DNA from: a virus | Strand: one strand, 5' to 3' | IMG/VR virus record: IMGVR_UViG_3300046710_000196 | Coordinates: 1-40,252 of that record | Length of the DNA stretch: 40,252 nt | Shown here: positions 17,034-24,774 of the stretch, one piece after another | How the letters are laid out: each line of letters opens with the position of its first letter | How positions within the stretch are numbered: the first letter of the stretch is position 1 | Position numbers and translations under genes: made by a program | Notes under the pieces: generated by a model | Told to the model about the DNA's origin: nothing | The model's database searches: none | Seen by the model: only the letters and a program-made list of their open reading frames with translations

Positions 17034-17408
17034 ATGCAAATAGACCTGGTATTCATCATTGTTTTGCTGATTTTGGCGCTGTTCGGGGTGGGCTACAACT
17101 CCCTGGTGGGTTATTTGGAACGGAGCCGGCTGAGCCAGGCGTACACGGCATACCTGGTGGTGCTGGGGGTGCTGGTGACGTTGGGCGGAGCGGCATTCCT
17201 GATCGGCCCGCTGCCGGCGCTGGTGGTGTTGGCGTGCTTTGCGGTCAGCGGGCTGCCGATGGTGGTGGGATCCAGCCTGCGGTCAGCCTTGGAAATGCGC
17301 CGGGATCACAAGCTGGCGCGGCAGATGGCGAAGGAGGTAATCGATGGCGAAACCCATCCCGGGCGGGTACCTATGGCGGCAAACACTTACGAAGGCGAGG
17401 AACGCTGA
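17034..17408 (+). CDS. Membrane protein (about 3 TM helices)
   Basis: Hydrophobic segments include LVFIIVLLILALFGVGY, AYLVVLGVLVTLGGAAFLIG and LVVLACFAVSGLPMVVG. Confidence 0.55.
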   Translation: MQIDLVFIIVLLILALFGVGYNSLVGYLERSRLSQAYTAYLVVLGVLVTLGGAAFLIGPLPALVVLACFAVSGLPMVVGSSLRSALEMRRDHKLARQMAKEVIDGETHPGRVPMAANTYEGEER

Positions 17409-17565
17409 CCGGGCGGTCAGGGAAGCGCTGCGCCGGCTGGCAGAGGATGAGCAGCTGCGGCCCGGCCAGGCGATTCTACTGGTTAAGGCTGCGAACGCGC
17501 TCATGGAGAATCTTGAAGCGCTGGACGAGCTGTCGCAAATTTTAGACCATCAGAAAGGAGATTGA
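17344..17565 (+). CDS. Hypothetical protein (73 aa; start uncertain)
   Basis: The ORF overlaps the previous gene by 65 nt. No better in-frame start was seen. Confidence 0.4.
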   Translation: MAKPIPGGYLWRQTLTKARNADRAVREALRRLAEDEQLRPGQAILLVKAANALMENLEALDELSQILDHQKGD

Positions 17566-17566
17566 G

Positions 17567-18049
17567 ATGAACGGTTTTGTAAGTGAAGGCGTGAGTTTAA
17601 ATACTTTGACGATCGATGATGATGATCCATCCGAGGGTATCCGCTCGATAAGTTACTCCAAATTGTTCACCCTGGGCGGTTACGAGAACGAAAAGATCGA
17701 CGTGACGATCCAATTGGCGCCCGGGGAGGACCCGGACCAGGCGGCGGACCGGGCCAAGGCCTGGGTGGAGCGGATCCATGGAGAGGCGGTAAACCTGCAG
17801 GATTCGATCCACGAGCTGCGGCGCAAGAATTCAGAGCTCGAATTTAATACGGACCGGCTGTGCGAATTCCGCAACAAGCTCCTGAAGGAGTGCAAACAGA
17901 TCAGCGCCATCCGGGTGGCCAACGGAATTCCTCCGGTGGACCTGAGTGAGCTCGGATATTATCCCGAAGACAAGCCGAAAGTAGAGTCGGAGCCCTCGCC
18001 GGAAGACGATCTGGAAGACGATCACAACCGGGATGATGTTCCATTTTAG
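17567..18049 (+). CDS. Hypothetical acidic protein (160 aa)
   Basis: RBS aaaggag lies upstream. Codon usage is protein-like and the C-terminus is acidic. Confidence 0.6.
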   Translation: MNGFVSEGVSLNTLTIDDDDPSEGIRSISYSKLFTLGGYENEKIDVTIQLAPGEDPDQAADRAKAWVERIHGEAVNLQDSIHELRRKNSELEFNTDRLCEFRNKLLKECKQISAIRVANGIPPVDLSELGYYPEDKPKVESEPSPEDDLEDDHNRDDVPF

Positions 18050-18057
18050 GAGCCGAC

Positions 18058-18288
18058 ATGGAAGAGCAAGCGATTTATCAGGCGGGCGAATTCGATCTGG
18101 CGGATGTATTTGACCTGGTACAGGCCGCGGAGATCAACCTGGCGTTTGCCAAACGTCACCACGAGGGTCAGAAATATGGGATGGCCTATAAGGAGCTGTG
18201 CCAGGCGGCGGATTATCTGCGGGGTGGTTTGCAGGCGCTGGAGAAGCTCTTGATTCCACCCGAGGCCGGCTCGCCGGCGGAAAAATGA
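18058..18288 (+). CDS. Hypothetical protein (76 aa)
   Basis: RBS ggag lies upstream. The protein looks helical. Confidence 0.55.
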   Translation: MEEQAIYQAGEFDLADVFDLVQAAEINLAFAKRHHEGQKYGMAYKELCQAADYLRGGLQALEKLLIPPEAGSPAEK

Positions 18289-18294
18289 TTGCAT

Positions 18295-18930
18295 GGGGCG
18301 CTGGAATAGCAGCGGCTTCCGCATTCCTCCTGGCCGCATCGGATGTTCGAGGCATCTGAGCCCCGCTCACACCCGGCATTTTGCGAGGGTTGGCGTTTCA
18401 GAGAATGTCTAAGAACGCTGGTGAGGTCGCCCACTCGTTGAGGTCTGAGGCTGTGCGGATGTCAGGCGATTAGAAAAACAGGCCACTCGAACGCCGGACG
18501 GACAAGGCGTGACAGCTCGGAGAGACGGCAGCACTTTTACAACAGCATAATCTGGCGGCGGCGTGGACAGTGACACGCAGGATTTCGACCGGGAATACAG
18601 GGAGACCTGAGCCTCGGCGCAATAACGCAACCCAGGCGACGTGGCGATAGGTAGAGATGCCTATCCCGTAAAGAGTGGTTGCAATCCGGCATAAGCCTAC
18701 CCCGTTGTAACCGGAATATCGGATCTGGCGAAAAGCCAGAAAGCGAACCCGGAGATCCGACTCGGGGCCGCCAGTTTGCACCAGCCTATGCGCCGAACCG
18801 TGATCGTGTAATTAAGGACAACCTTTGTGCTGATCACCCAAAAGGTCTTACCCTCGGTGACCCACCCGGCAGACAATCGAAAAGAGTCTGACGGGGCGCT
18901 CGGGCTGGTTACTTCTCGAAAGAGCGTCGA
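18295..18930 (+). ncRNA. Candidate large structured non-coding RNA or leader (family unknown)
   Basis: This is the largest ORF-free interval in the genome; all six frames give only junk ORFs. Many local helices and one 8-bp long-range helix were found by hand, listed in the findings. Several contain G-T pairs that work only on the plus strand. Confidence 0.4.
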
Positions 18931-18940
18931 TGGAGGTTTT

Positions 18941-19159
18941 ATGCTGGTCCAGGTAGTGAATGATTTTTTGGCGGTAGAGCTGCCGGGCGACCGGAGGGTG
19001 GTCGATCTCCGGGCCTATCCGGTCCTGGTGGCCGGCCAAAAGATGGACGCCGCGGTTGAATTTTTCAGGACTGAATTGGGTTGGATTGTCGAAGACCTGC
19101 GGCGGATCGAGACCGAGACGCCGGGCGAAATGGTTGATCTGGAATGGTTTCAGAAGTAA
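18941..19159 (+). CDS. Hypothetical protein (72 aa)
   Basis: RBS ggagg lies 4 nt upstream of ATG 18941. I prefer this start over the ORF-track start 18827. Confidence 0.55.
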   Translation: MLVQVVNDFLAVELPGDRRVVDLRAYPVLVAGQKMDAAVEFFRTELGWIVEDLRRIETETPGEMVDLEWFQK

Positions 19160-19169
19160 GGAGAAAGAA

Positions 19170-20030
19170 ATGAAAATCAAATGCGAATACATCGTACCGA
19201 ACCCGCAGCAGCCGCGGGTGGATTTTAACCAGGAGGATCTGGAAACGCTGGCGCAATCTATCGAGGAAAACGGCTTGATCCAGCCGGTGGTGGTGGAACA
19301 GGCCGGAACGAAATTTATCCTGATCGACGGCGAGCGCAGATGGCGGGCGCACCTGCTGCTGGGACTGCCCGAGATCGAAGCCGTGATCCGGCCCAGCTCC
19401 AATGGATCGGGCAGTCGAGAGCGCTTGTTCCTGGCGCTGGCGGCCAACCTGCAGCGGACCGACCTGCGGCCCATCGAAGAAGCCGAGGCATATTCCACCC
19501 TGCGCAACCAGCTGGGAATGAGTATAACCGAGATCACCCAACGCGTCGGGCGGACCTCTACACACGTATACAGCCGGATCAAGCTGTTGGATTTCCCGGC
19601 TGAGGTCCAGTCATACTTCAACAGCGGGCGCCTGCCGCTGGACGAACGGGTGTTCAACTCCCTGCGGAAATTGGAGCTCGAGGACCAGGTCCGGATCGCC
19701 CGGGCGGCGGTCTTACGCCAGCTGACGGTGCATGGGATCTGTTCTATTTGCACGCGCATTCTCAACGGGTACGCCTACGACACCACGAAGAAAACCCCGG
19801 CCATGGAAGGCGGGCGGGCGCATACCTACAAGACGCATACGCCAACAGACGTCAAGGATGCGATGCTGGTGGTCGAGCAGCACGCCGGCGTGGTTGCCTG
19901 GGAGCGGATTGCAGCGGCAGCTCGGGAAACGTGCCGGGAGGACTGCGTTCTATTCGAAGATGCCTCGCCGAAAATGTGTGCGAACTGCCCGGCGAAGGAT
20001 TTGATCAGAAGGATCGAAAAACAGGAGTAA
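19170..20030 (+). CDS. ParB-family protein with a C-terminal Cys cluster
   Basis: RBS aaggag precedes ATG 19170. ParB N-terminal motifs are IVPNPQQPRVDF and LIDGERRWRA (arginine patch). The HTH is MSITEITQRVGRTSTHVYSRIKLL. The C-terminus carries CSIC, CREDC and CANC. Confidence 0.8.
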   Translation: MKIKCEYIVPNPQQPRVDFNQEDLETLAQSIEENGLIQPVVVEQAGTKFILIDGERRWRAHLLLGLPEIEAVIRPSSNGSGSRERLFLALAANLQRTDLRPIEEAEAYSTLRNQLGMSITEITQRVGRTSTHVYSRIKLLDFPAEVQSYFNSGRLPLDERVFNSLRKLELEDQVRIARAAVLRQLTVHGICSICTRILNGYAYDTTKKTPAMEGGRAHTYKTHTPTDVKDAMLVVEQHAGVVAWERIAAAARETCREDCVLFEDASPKMCANCPAKDLIRRIEKQE

Positions 20031-20034
20031 CACT

Positions 20035-21249
20035 ATGAATATTTTGTACGTTCCCCTCGATAAAATTGTAGCCAACCCTTTCCAGGTCCGCCATGAAGAT
20101 CCGCAGCATGTCAAGAACCTGGCGATCTCGATTGCAGCCAATGGTCTGCTCCAAATCCCAACCGCCAGGGCTGAACTGGCCGGGAAGCATTGCTACCAAC
20201 TGGCCTTTGGCCATTCCCGGCTGGCAGCCTTCAAATGGATTCGGGATGCCAAGCCTCTTAGCATTTCCGCATTAAGAGCTTCTACGGATGGCTCATGCGA
20301 TTGGACCACCATGCCGCTTAACATCGTAGAGCTTACCGACCAGCAGATGTTCGAGGCAGTCGTGGCTGAAAACATGGCCCGCAAGGACCTGGACCCCATC
20401 GAGCAGGCTATGGCCATGGTGGTTTACCGGGATAAATTCGGTAAAACGTCCGTGGAAATCGGGACGCTCTTCGGTCTGAGCGATTCGGCGGTGCGCAATA
20501 AGATGCGGCTGCTCAAGCTGCCCGAAAACCTGCAGGTCCTGTTATCGCACGGCGAGCTCCCCGAAGGAGCCGGCCGGGCCCTGGTAAACCTCTTCGAACT
20601 GAGCGAGGCACAGCGCACGGCAGCGGAGGAGCAGGAGGATCTGTGCCCGTCTGTGATCATCGAGGCGGCGCTGTCGGGAGCGCAGCCGGAGGCGATCACG
20701 GGCATGATCAACAAGCTGCTCGTGCGATTGATCCAGAAACCAGATAGCACGGTATGGAGCGACACAGAAGCCGGCGCTTATATCGGCTCCGCGACACGGA
20801 CCGCAGTTCTGGCTCCCGAGCCGGCGCTTATATCGGCTCCGGCGCCGATGCCTGCCGAACAAGAAATGGAAACGACGCCGGCTCCCATCCCCATCCCACC
20901 GCCGGCCAGTTGGGGGCCGATGGTGGAAACTGCGGTCCAGGCCCCCAGGCCGGCTCCGGCGGCGATCCCTGCGCCACCCGCGCCCGCCACCCCACCCGCG
21001 CCGACCTATTTCAGCACGGAAATTGCTCCGGCTCCAATGCTGGATTGGGCCCATTCCACGATCACGCTGACCCTGACCTACTGGCCGGAGGACGGAAACC
21101 CCAACGGGCGGACGGTTATGATCGGCGGCCGGCTGAATCAGTTAGTCCCGGTCATGCGCATGAGCCGCGAAAAGATGCTGCAGCTCCCGATTCAGCTCAG
21201 CTCATTAATAGACGAGCTGCAGCTCTGGACCAAAGAAGGTGAGAAATGA
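20035..21249 (+). CDS. Second ParB-like protein with a Pro/Ala-rich linker
   Basis: Motifs are IVANPFQVRHEDP, FGHSRLAAF (a variant arginine patch) and the HTH KTSVEIGTLFGLSDSAVRNKMRLLKL. A long P/A-rich segment and a C-terminal domain follow. Confidence 0.7.
   Translation: MNILYVPLDKIVANPFQVRHEDPQHVKNLAISIAANGLLQIPTARAELAGKHCYQLAFGHSRLAAFKWIRDAKPLSISALRASTDGSCDWTTMPLNIVELTDQQMFEAVVAENMARKDLDPIEQAMAMVVYRDKFGKTSVEIGTLFGLSDSAVRNKMRLLKLPENLQVLLSHGELPEGAGRALVNLFELSEAQRTAAEEQEDLCPSVIIEAALSGAQPEAITGMINKLLVRLIQKPDSTVWSDTEAGAYIGSATRTAVLAPEPALISAPAPMPAEQEMETTPAPIPIPPPASWGPMVETAVQAPRPAPAAIPAPPAPATPPAPTYFSTEIAPAPMLDWAHSTITLTLTYWPEDGNPNGRTVMIGGRLNQLVPVMRMSREKMLQLPIQLSSLIDELQLWTKEGEK
20769..20841 (+). repeat. 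Two exact 23-bp direct repeats, 50 bp apart, inside the ParB-like gene
   Basis: agccggcgcttatatcggctccg occurs at 20769-20791 and 20819-20841. Each has AGCCG/CGGCT arms around an AT core. The two copies are read in different reading frames. Confidence 0.9.
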
Positions 21250-21674
21250 ACTATATCGTCTCGATCGAAGGCCAAAGCATCCCGCTGCCCGAAGAGATCG
21301 GGTCCAGCGATGACGCTGTCAAACGTGCCCTGGCGCCTTACTATCCCGAGGCCGCCAATGCCATGCTTACCCGGGTAACCCAGGGCGACACCACCACCAT
21401 CACGGTGATCAAAAAAGCCGGCACAAAAGGCCGTGGACTTGCAGCCCTAATCGCCTGCCCGGGCGGGAAGAACCCGGCCATGACGCTGTACGAGGAGATC
21501 AATGCCCTGGATGAACTCGCCCGGATGGACCCCCTGACCCTGCTGGAGATGGATGCCCGCATCGAAGAGGCTATCACAGCGGGAGGGCAACAGGCCGAAG
21601 CGGTGGCTTTTGCGGCGAAACGCCTGATCCGGTCGGCGGCCCAACCTGCGCCGGTCATCATTTTGGGGTTCTAA
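21246..21674 (+). CDS. Ubiquitin-like (prokaryotic Ub / PRTRC protein C-like) domain fused to an 80-aa C-terminal extension
   Basis: The N-terminal 62 aa, MNYIVSIEGQSIPLPEEIGSSDDAVKRALAPYYPEAANAMLTRVTQGDTTTITVIKKAGTKG, fit my recollection of the PRTRC-C pattern (..YYPE..A......GTKG). I could not verify this against a profile. It has an ATGA overlap with the upstream gene. Confidence 0.55.
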   Translation: MNYIVSIEGQSIPLPEEIGSSDDAVKRALAPYYPEAANAMLTRVTQGDTTTITVIKKAGTKGRGLAALIACPGGKNPAMTLYEEINALDELARMDPLTLLEMDARIEEAITAGGQQAEAVAFAAKRLIRSAAQPAPVIILGF

Positions 21675-22645
21675 TGCTCGACTGCCTGCCAGCGCTGGCT
21701 GCCGGTCCGACATTCAAGGAGGTCACACTCTTCTTGACCGCGCGCCGGCAGCCGAAGCTGGAGGATATGGTCGAGAGCCTGGATCTGCTGCGCAAACGCA
21801 CCCGCTTTGCGGTGATCCTCCAGGCGCTCAACCCGGAAAAATTCAGAGAGGTATGCGCCGGCCGATATGAGCTGGTGGTCGGAGATGTCAGCGAAGATCC
21901 GCTGATCGAGGCGGCGGTGGGGGAGATCAGTGATATTGCGCCCCTTGACCTGGAAGAAACCTTCATGTGCCTCGAAGACGGGTATGAGTACATTGATTAC
22001 CTCTACCCGGAGCACCTGGGCTACCCCATAGGCTGGGATGAATGGGAAGAACTGCACGATAACCCGAATGATTGGACTGAAACCATGGCGCTGTATGTGT
22101 TCGTCACCGCTCTGCGCCTGGGTGAAACGGAAGTTCTCGGCTCCTCCTCCGAACATTATGGCTGGGATCTGGAGGTCGAAGATTTGGAAGCGGGGATCCC
22201 AGAAGCCAATTGGGACCGTTTGTTTATCCTGCTGGACCAGCGCCAGATGAGCTGTTTCAAGAACGCCCTCGACGTGTGCATATATGATACCGGGAATCCG
22301 TATTTCGACTACAACCCTTATGATGAAGAGAGATGCCCCGACCTGCCGGGCATTACAGTGGAAGGGGTCCGCGCGCTGGAGAAAGCCTGGCAGGAAGCCC
22401 AACCCATCCGGCTCGATCACGAAACGGCTGCCGAGCAGTTTGCCCACGATCCTACGCTGGCGAAGGTGCTTTTGATGCTCTGGGCGGAGAGCGCAGACAA
22501 GCCTGAGCCGCGGCGGCCTCAAACCCTGGCCGAGATATGGGCGGATGAGCAGCCGGAACGGATCATCGATCCGTTTTACGGTCCGCTGGATGGGTGCGAA
22601 CAGGAAGTTCGCGAGGATGAAGAAGAACCCCTGGAGGAAGCATGA
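21674..22645 (+). CDS. Acidic Trp-rich hypothetical protein (323 aa), cassette component of unknown function
   Basis: It is translationally coupled on both sides. No motif was recognised. Confidence 0.6.
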   Translation: MLDCLPALAAGPTFKEVTLFLTARRQPKLEDMVESLDLLRKRTRFAVILQALNPEKFREVCAGRYELVVGDVSEDPLIEAAVGEISDIAPLDLEETFMCLEDGYEYIDYLYPEHLGYPIGWDEWEELHDNPNDWTETMALYVFVTALRLGETEVLGSSSEHYGWDLEVEDLEAGIPEANWDRLFILLDQRQMSCFKNALDVCIYDTGNPYFDYNPYDEERCPDLPGITVEGVRALEKAWQEAQPIRLDHETAAEQFAHDPTLAKVLLMLWAESADKPEPRRPQTLAEIWADEQPERIIDPFYGPLDGCEQEVREDEEEPLEEA

Positions 22646-23337
22646 ACAACACTGTTGATCTGCAAACCCGATTCCTGGCCCTGGCGGCGCTGGAGGACCC
22701 GGCGATTGAAGCCCAGGGCGTGCTTTACTTTTTGGAAGGGCATTATCTGTTCCGCTATCGGGAGAATAAGACCGTCAAGACCAAGTTCGTCACGTCTGCA
22801 GACGTGGCGGCGGCTTTTACCCAGCAGGATCTGGATACCGGCTGGCAGCCGGCCGGTATTGTGCGCCAGGGTCAAAGAGCCAGGGGACAATTCTTCGTAT
22901 ACAGCGCCCCGGCTCAGAGGGTGGAGATCCGCCTGGCGCAGAATGAGGCGCCGGTCGTGGTCCCCATCCCGCGCACGGTCCTTTTGGGAATCGGAGGCGG
23001 CTATCGTCTATGGGCCCTGCGCAGCAAGTATTTTTCCCCCGATGAGCGCGCTTACCTGGCGCCCTTCCCCAATATCAACCCCGGCGGCTCTATCTGTTGG
23101 GGTCAGAACACGCCCCCGCCGGCGGCGGTGGAAAAAGCAAGGGAGGTCTGGGAACTGTTTTTCGAGACGCCCTTCAACCAGGATCTGTCGGCGGGGAAGT
23201 CGGTCGCCCATCCCGAGGATGTACGCCTGGCCTTGCGCGAGCTGGCCGAAAAGAAAGCCCGCTCCTTTCCTATCGCAGGCCTGGTTGGGGAGCGATTCGG
23301 AACAATCGGCCAGTTGATCGAGCAGGCTTTGAGCTAG
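22642..23337 (+). CDS. E2-like (UBC-fold) protein
   Basis: The motif PFPNINPGGSICWGQN resembles the UBC active-site motif HPN(I/V)..G.IC. The candidate catalytic Cys is codon 152 (nt 23095-23097). Confidence 0.65.
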   Translation: MNNTVDLQTRFLALAALEDPAIEAQGVLYFLEGHYLFRYRENKTVKTKFVTSADVAAAFTQQDLDTGWQPAGIVRQGQRARGQFFVYSAPAQRVEIRLAQNEAPVVVPIPRTVLLGIGGGYRLWALRSKYFSPDERAYLAPFPNINPGGSICWGQNTPPPAAVEKAREVWELFFETPFNQDLSAGKSVAHPEDVRLALRELAEKKARSFPIAGLVGERFGTIGQLIEQALS

Positions 23338-23339
23338 TT

Positions 23340-23951
23340 ATGTTTGTCAATCACATTGTTGCCAATAATCCTTATCTGCCCAGGATGGGCCCTTTCCTGT
23401 ATACATATATCCTGGCTGCTAATGGAATTTTCGTCAGGGCCCGGCGTCCGGAGTTAGCGGCCCTGATCTGGGTGGCCAGCGTCCGGGAGCCGGTGCGCGG
23501 CCTGTATGAAGTACATCCGTATGTCGGTATGGACTGCCGGGTTCCTGTGCTCCAGGTGGCACGGATGTTCGAGATGGCCTACCGGGCGGACGGGAAAGAG
23601 ATCCTATTTTACCTGTCTGCCAATCCCTGGCGGATCCAGGTCCCAGAACAGGTCCAGCGCGGCGCCTCGGTCCACCCGGTGGATCCATATGCCGGCGGGG
23701 CCAACACGATCATCGAGGTCCACAGCCACCATGGGATGAAAGCATTTTTCTCGGAGGAGGATGACCGTGAGGAGCAGACCGGCTTTCGGATCTATGCCGT
23801 GCTGGGGGATTTATACAACCGGCCGGCGATCCGAGTGCGGGTCGGGATCTACGGCCATTTCTGGGAGATCCCGGCCGACTGGGTTTTTGAACTGCCGCAA
23901 GGCGTTAAAGATGGGTTATATGAGGGTATCGAATATGAGCACACCCGTTGA
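23340..23951 (+). CDS. JAB/MPN (JAMM) metallopeptidase
   Basis: EVHSHHGMKAFFSEEDD matches HxHx7Sx2D exactly. I prefer start ATG 23340, 3 nt after the upstream stop, over the ORF-track start 23097. Confidence 0.75.
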   Translation: MFVNHIVANNPYLPRMGPFLYTYILAANGIFVRARRPELAALIWVASVREPVRGLYEVHPYVGMDCRVPVLQVARMFEMAYRADGKEILFYLSANPWRIQVPEQVQRGASVHPVDPYAGGANTIIEVHSHHGMKAFFSEEDDREEQTGFRIYAVLGDLYNRPAIRVRVGIYGHFWEIPADWVFELPQGVKDGLYEGIEYEHTR

Positions 23952-24774
23952 ATTAAACCTGGATTTTGTGAACGCAGCCCGGCTGCTATTGCCGGCATAC
24001 GATTCGGTCACCCTGGCCCTGGTGGGCTGCGGCGGGACCGGTTCCTGGCTGGCGCCCTCGCTAGCCCGGATTGCCCGCCTGCTGGCAGAAAAATTCCACA
24101 AGGAAGTTGCTTTATATTTCATCGATCCCGACCGGGTAGAGGCGAAAAACGTTTACCGCCAAAACTTCTGCGAGGCTGAGGTTGGACGTTTCAAGGCGGA
24201 CGCTTTAGCTTTTCGCTATGGCCTGGCCTGGGGGGTTGAAATATCGGCGCCTATCCAGCCGTTCGAGCGCACCATTTTTAATGGTTCGGTGAGGGATGAC
24301 GCTCTGAAGGTCGTGGTGGGCTGCGTGGATAATGCTGCGGCGCGCCGGAATATTGAAGCGGCTGTCACCGGCGCCGGCCAGAAACAGGCGCGCTACTGGT
24401 GGTTGGACTGCGGGAACCACCAATCCGCCGGGCAGATCGTCCTCGGATGCGGCGTCAAGAGACCCCAAAAACCGTTCGAGCTGGCCGGTTATTGCTCCTG
24501 GCTGCCCCTCCCGACCATCCATCACCCCGAGCTCCTGCGGGTGGACCAGGGCGAGAAGTCTATCGATCAGGAGCTTTCTTGCGCCGACCTGGCCTTGCAG
24601 GACAGCCAGGGCCTGGCGATCAACCAGCGCATTGCCGCTGAGGCATCCGACTACCTGGTGCGCCTGCTTATCACAAAGGACCTACAGAAATATGCCACCT
24701 ACATCGACCTGGCGTCCGGATCGGCGAGATCCAAATACATCACGCCTGCCATAATGGAGAATCGAAATGAGTGA
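23935..24774 (+). CDS. E1-like / ThiF-family adenylyltransferase
   Basis: The Rossmann motif is LVGCGGTGSW. ThiF-type motifs are IDPDRVEAKNVYRQNF and VVGCVDNAAARRNI. I chose start 23935 (RBS gaggg); the alternatives are 23911 and 23920. Confidence 0.75.
   Translation: MSTPVELNLDFVNAARLLLPAYDSVTLALVGCGGTGSWLAPSLARIARLLAEKFHKEVALYFIDPDRVEAKNVYRQNFCEAEVGRFKADALAFRYGLAWGVEISAPIQPFERTIFNGSVRDDALKVVVGCVDNAAARRNIEAAVTGAGQKQARYWWLDCGNHQSAGQIVLGCGVKRPQKPFELAGYCSWLPLPTIHHPELLRVDQGEKSIDQELSCADLALQDSQGLAINQRIAAEASDYLVRLLITKDLQKYATYIDLASGSARSKYITPAIMENRNE

Noticed and set aside
15003-17039. Long minus-strand ORFs 15003..15896 (297 aa) and 15927..17039 (370 aa)
   Set aside because: Both are Arg/Pro/His/Gly-rich low-complexity translations with no RBS. 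They lie antisense to well-supported plus-strand genes (the tyrosine recombinase with all catalytic motifs) and run across the tRNA-like gene. They are typical shadow ORFs of GC-rich DNA.
18295-18365. tRNA-like mini-fold at the 5' end of the non-coding region (GGGGC acceptor-like pairing with GCCCC, and a T-arm-like hairpin with loop TTCGAGG)
   Set aside because: It lacks separate D and anticodon arms; a single bulged hairpin with a 3-nt loop replaces them. It has an acceptor mismatch and no CCA, so it is not a tRNA gene. I keep it only as part of the candidate structured RNA.
18598-18613. B12-box-like string acagggagacctgagcc, plus gccactcg at 18482, suggesting a cobalamin riboswitch
   Set aside because: Only the GGAGACCTG core matches, with an extra base before GCC. 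The other conserved cobalamin-riboswitch elements (AGGGAA / GGUGAAA / GCCACUG in the correct order and spacing) are not present. The downstream genes are also unrelated to cobalamin.
18580-18650. tmRNA-like string ggatttcgaccggg followed by a possible tag-like frame
   Set aside because: There is no tRNA-like 3' domain (no GGTTCGA T arm followed by an acceptor strand and CCA). No Ala-rich tag ORF ending in a typical ..LAA stop was found.
18848-19765. 305-aa minus-strand ORF antisense to the first ParB gene
   Set aside because: It has shadow-ORF composition (Arg/Ser/Pro-rich). The plus-strand frame carries the exact ParB motifs and an RBS.
21671-22522. 283-aa minus-strand ORF antisense to 21674..22645
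   Set aside because: It has no RBS and a low-complexity translation. The plus-strand gene is translationally coupled on both sides within the operon.
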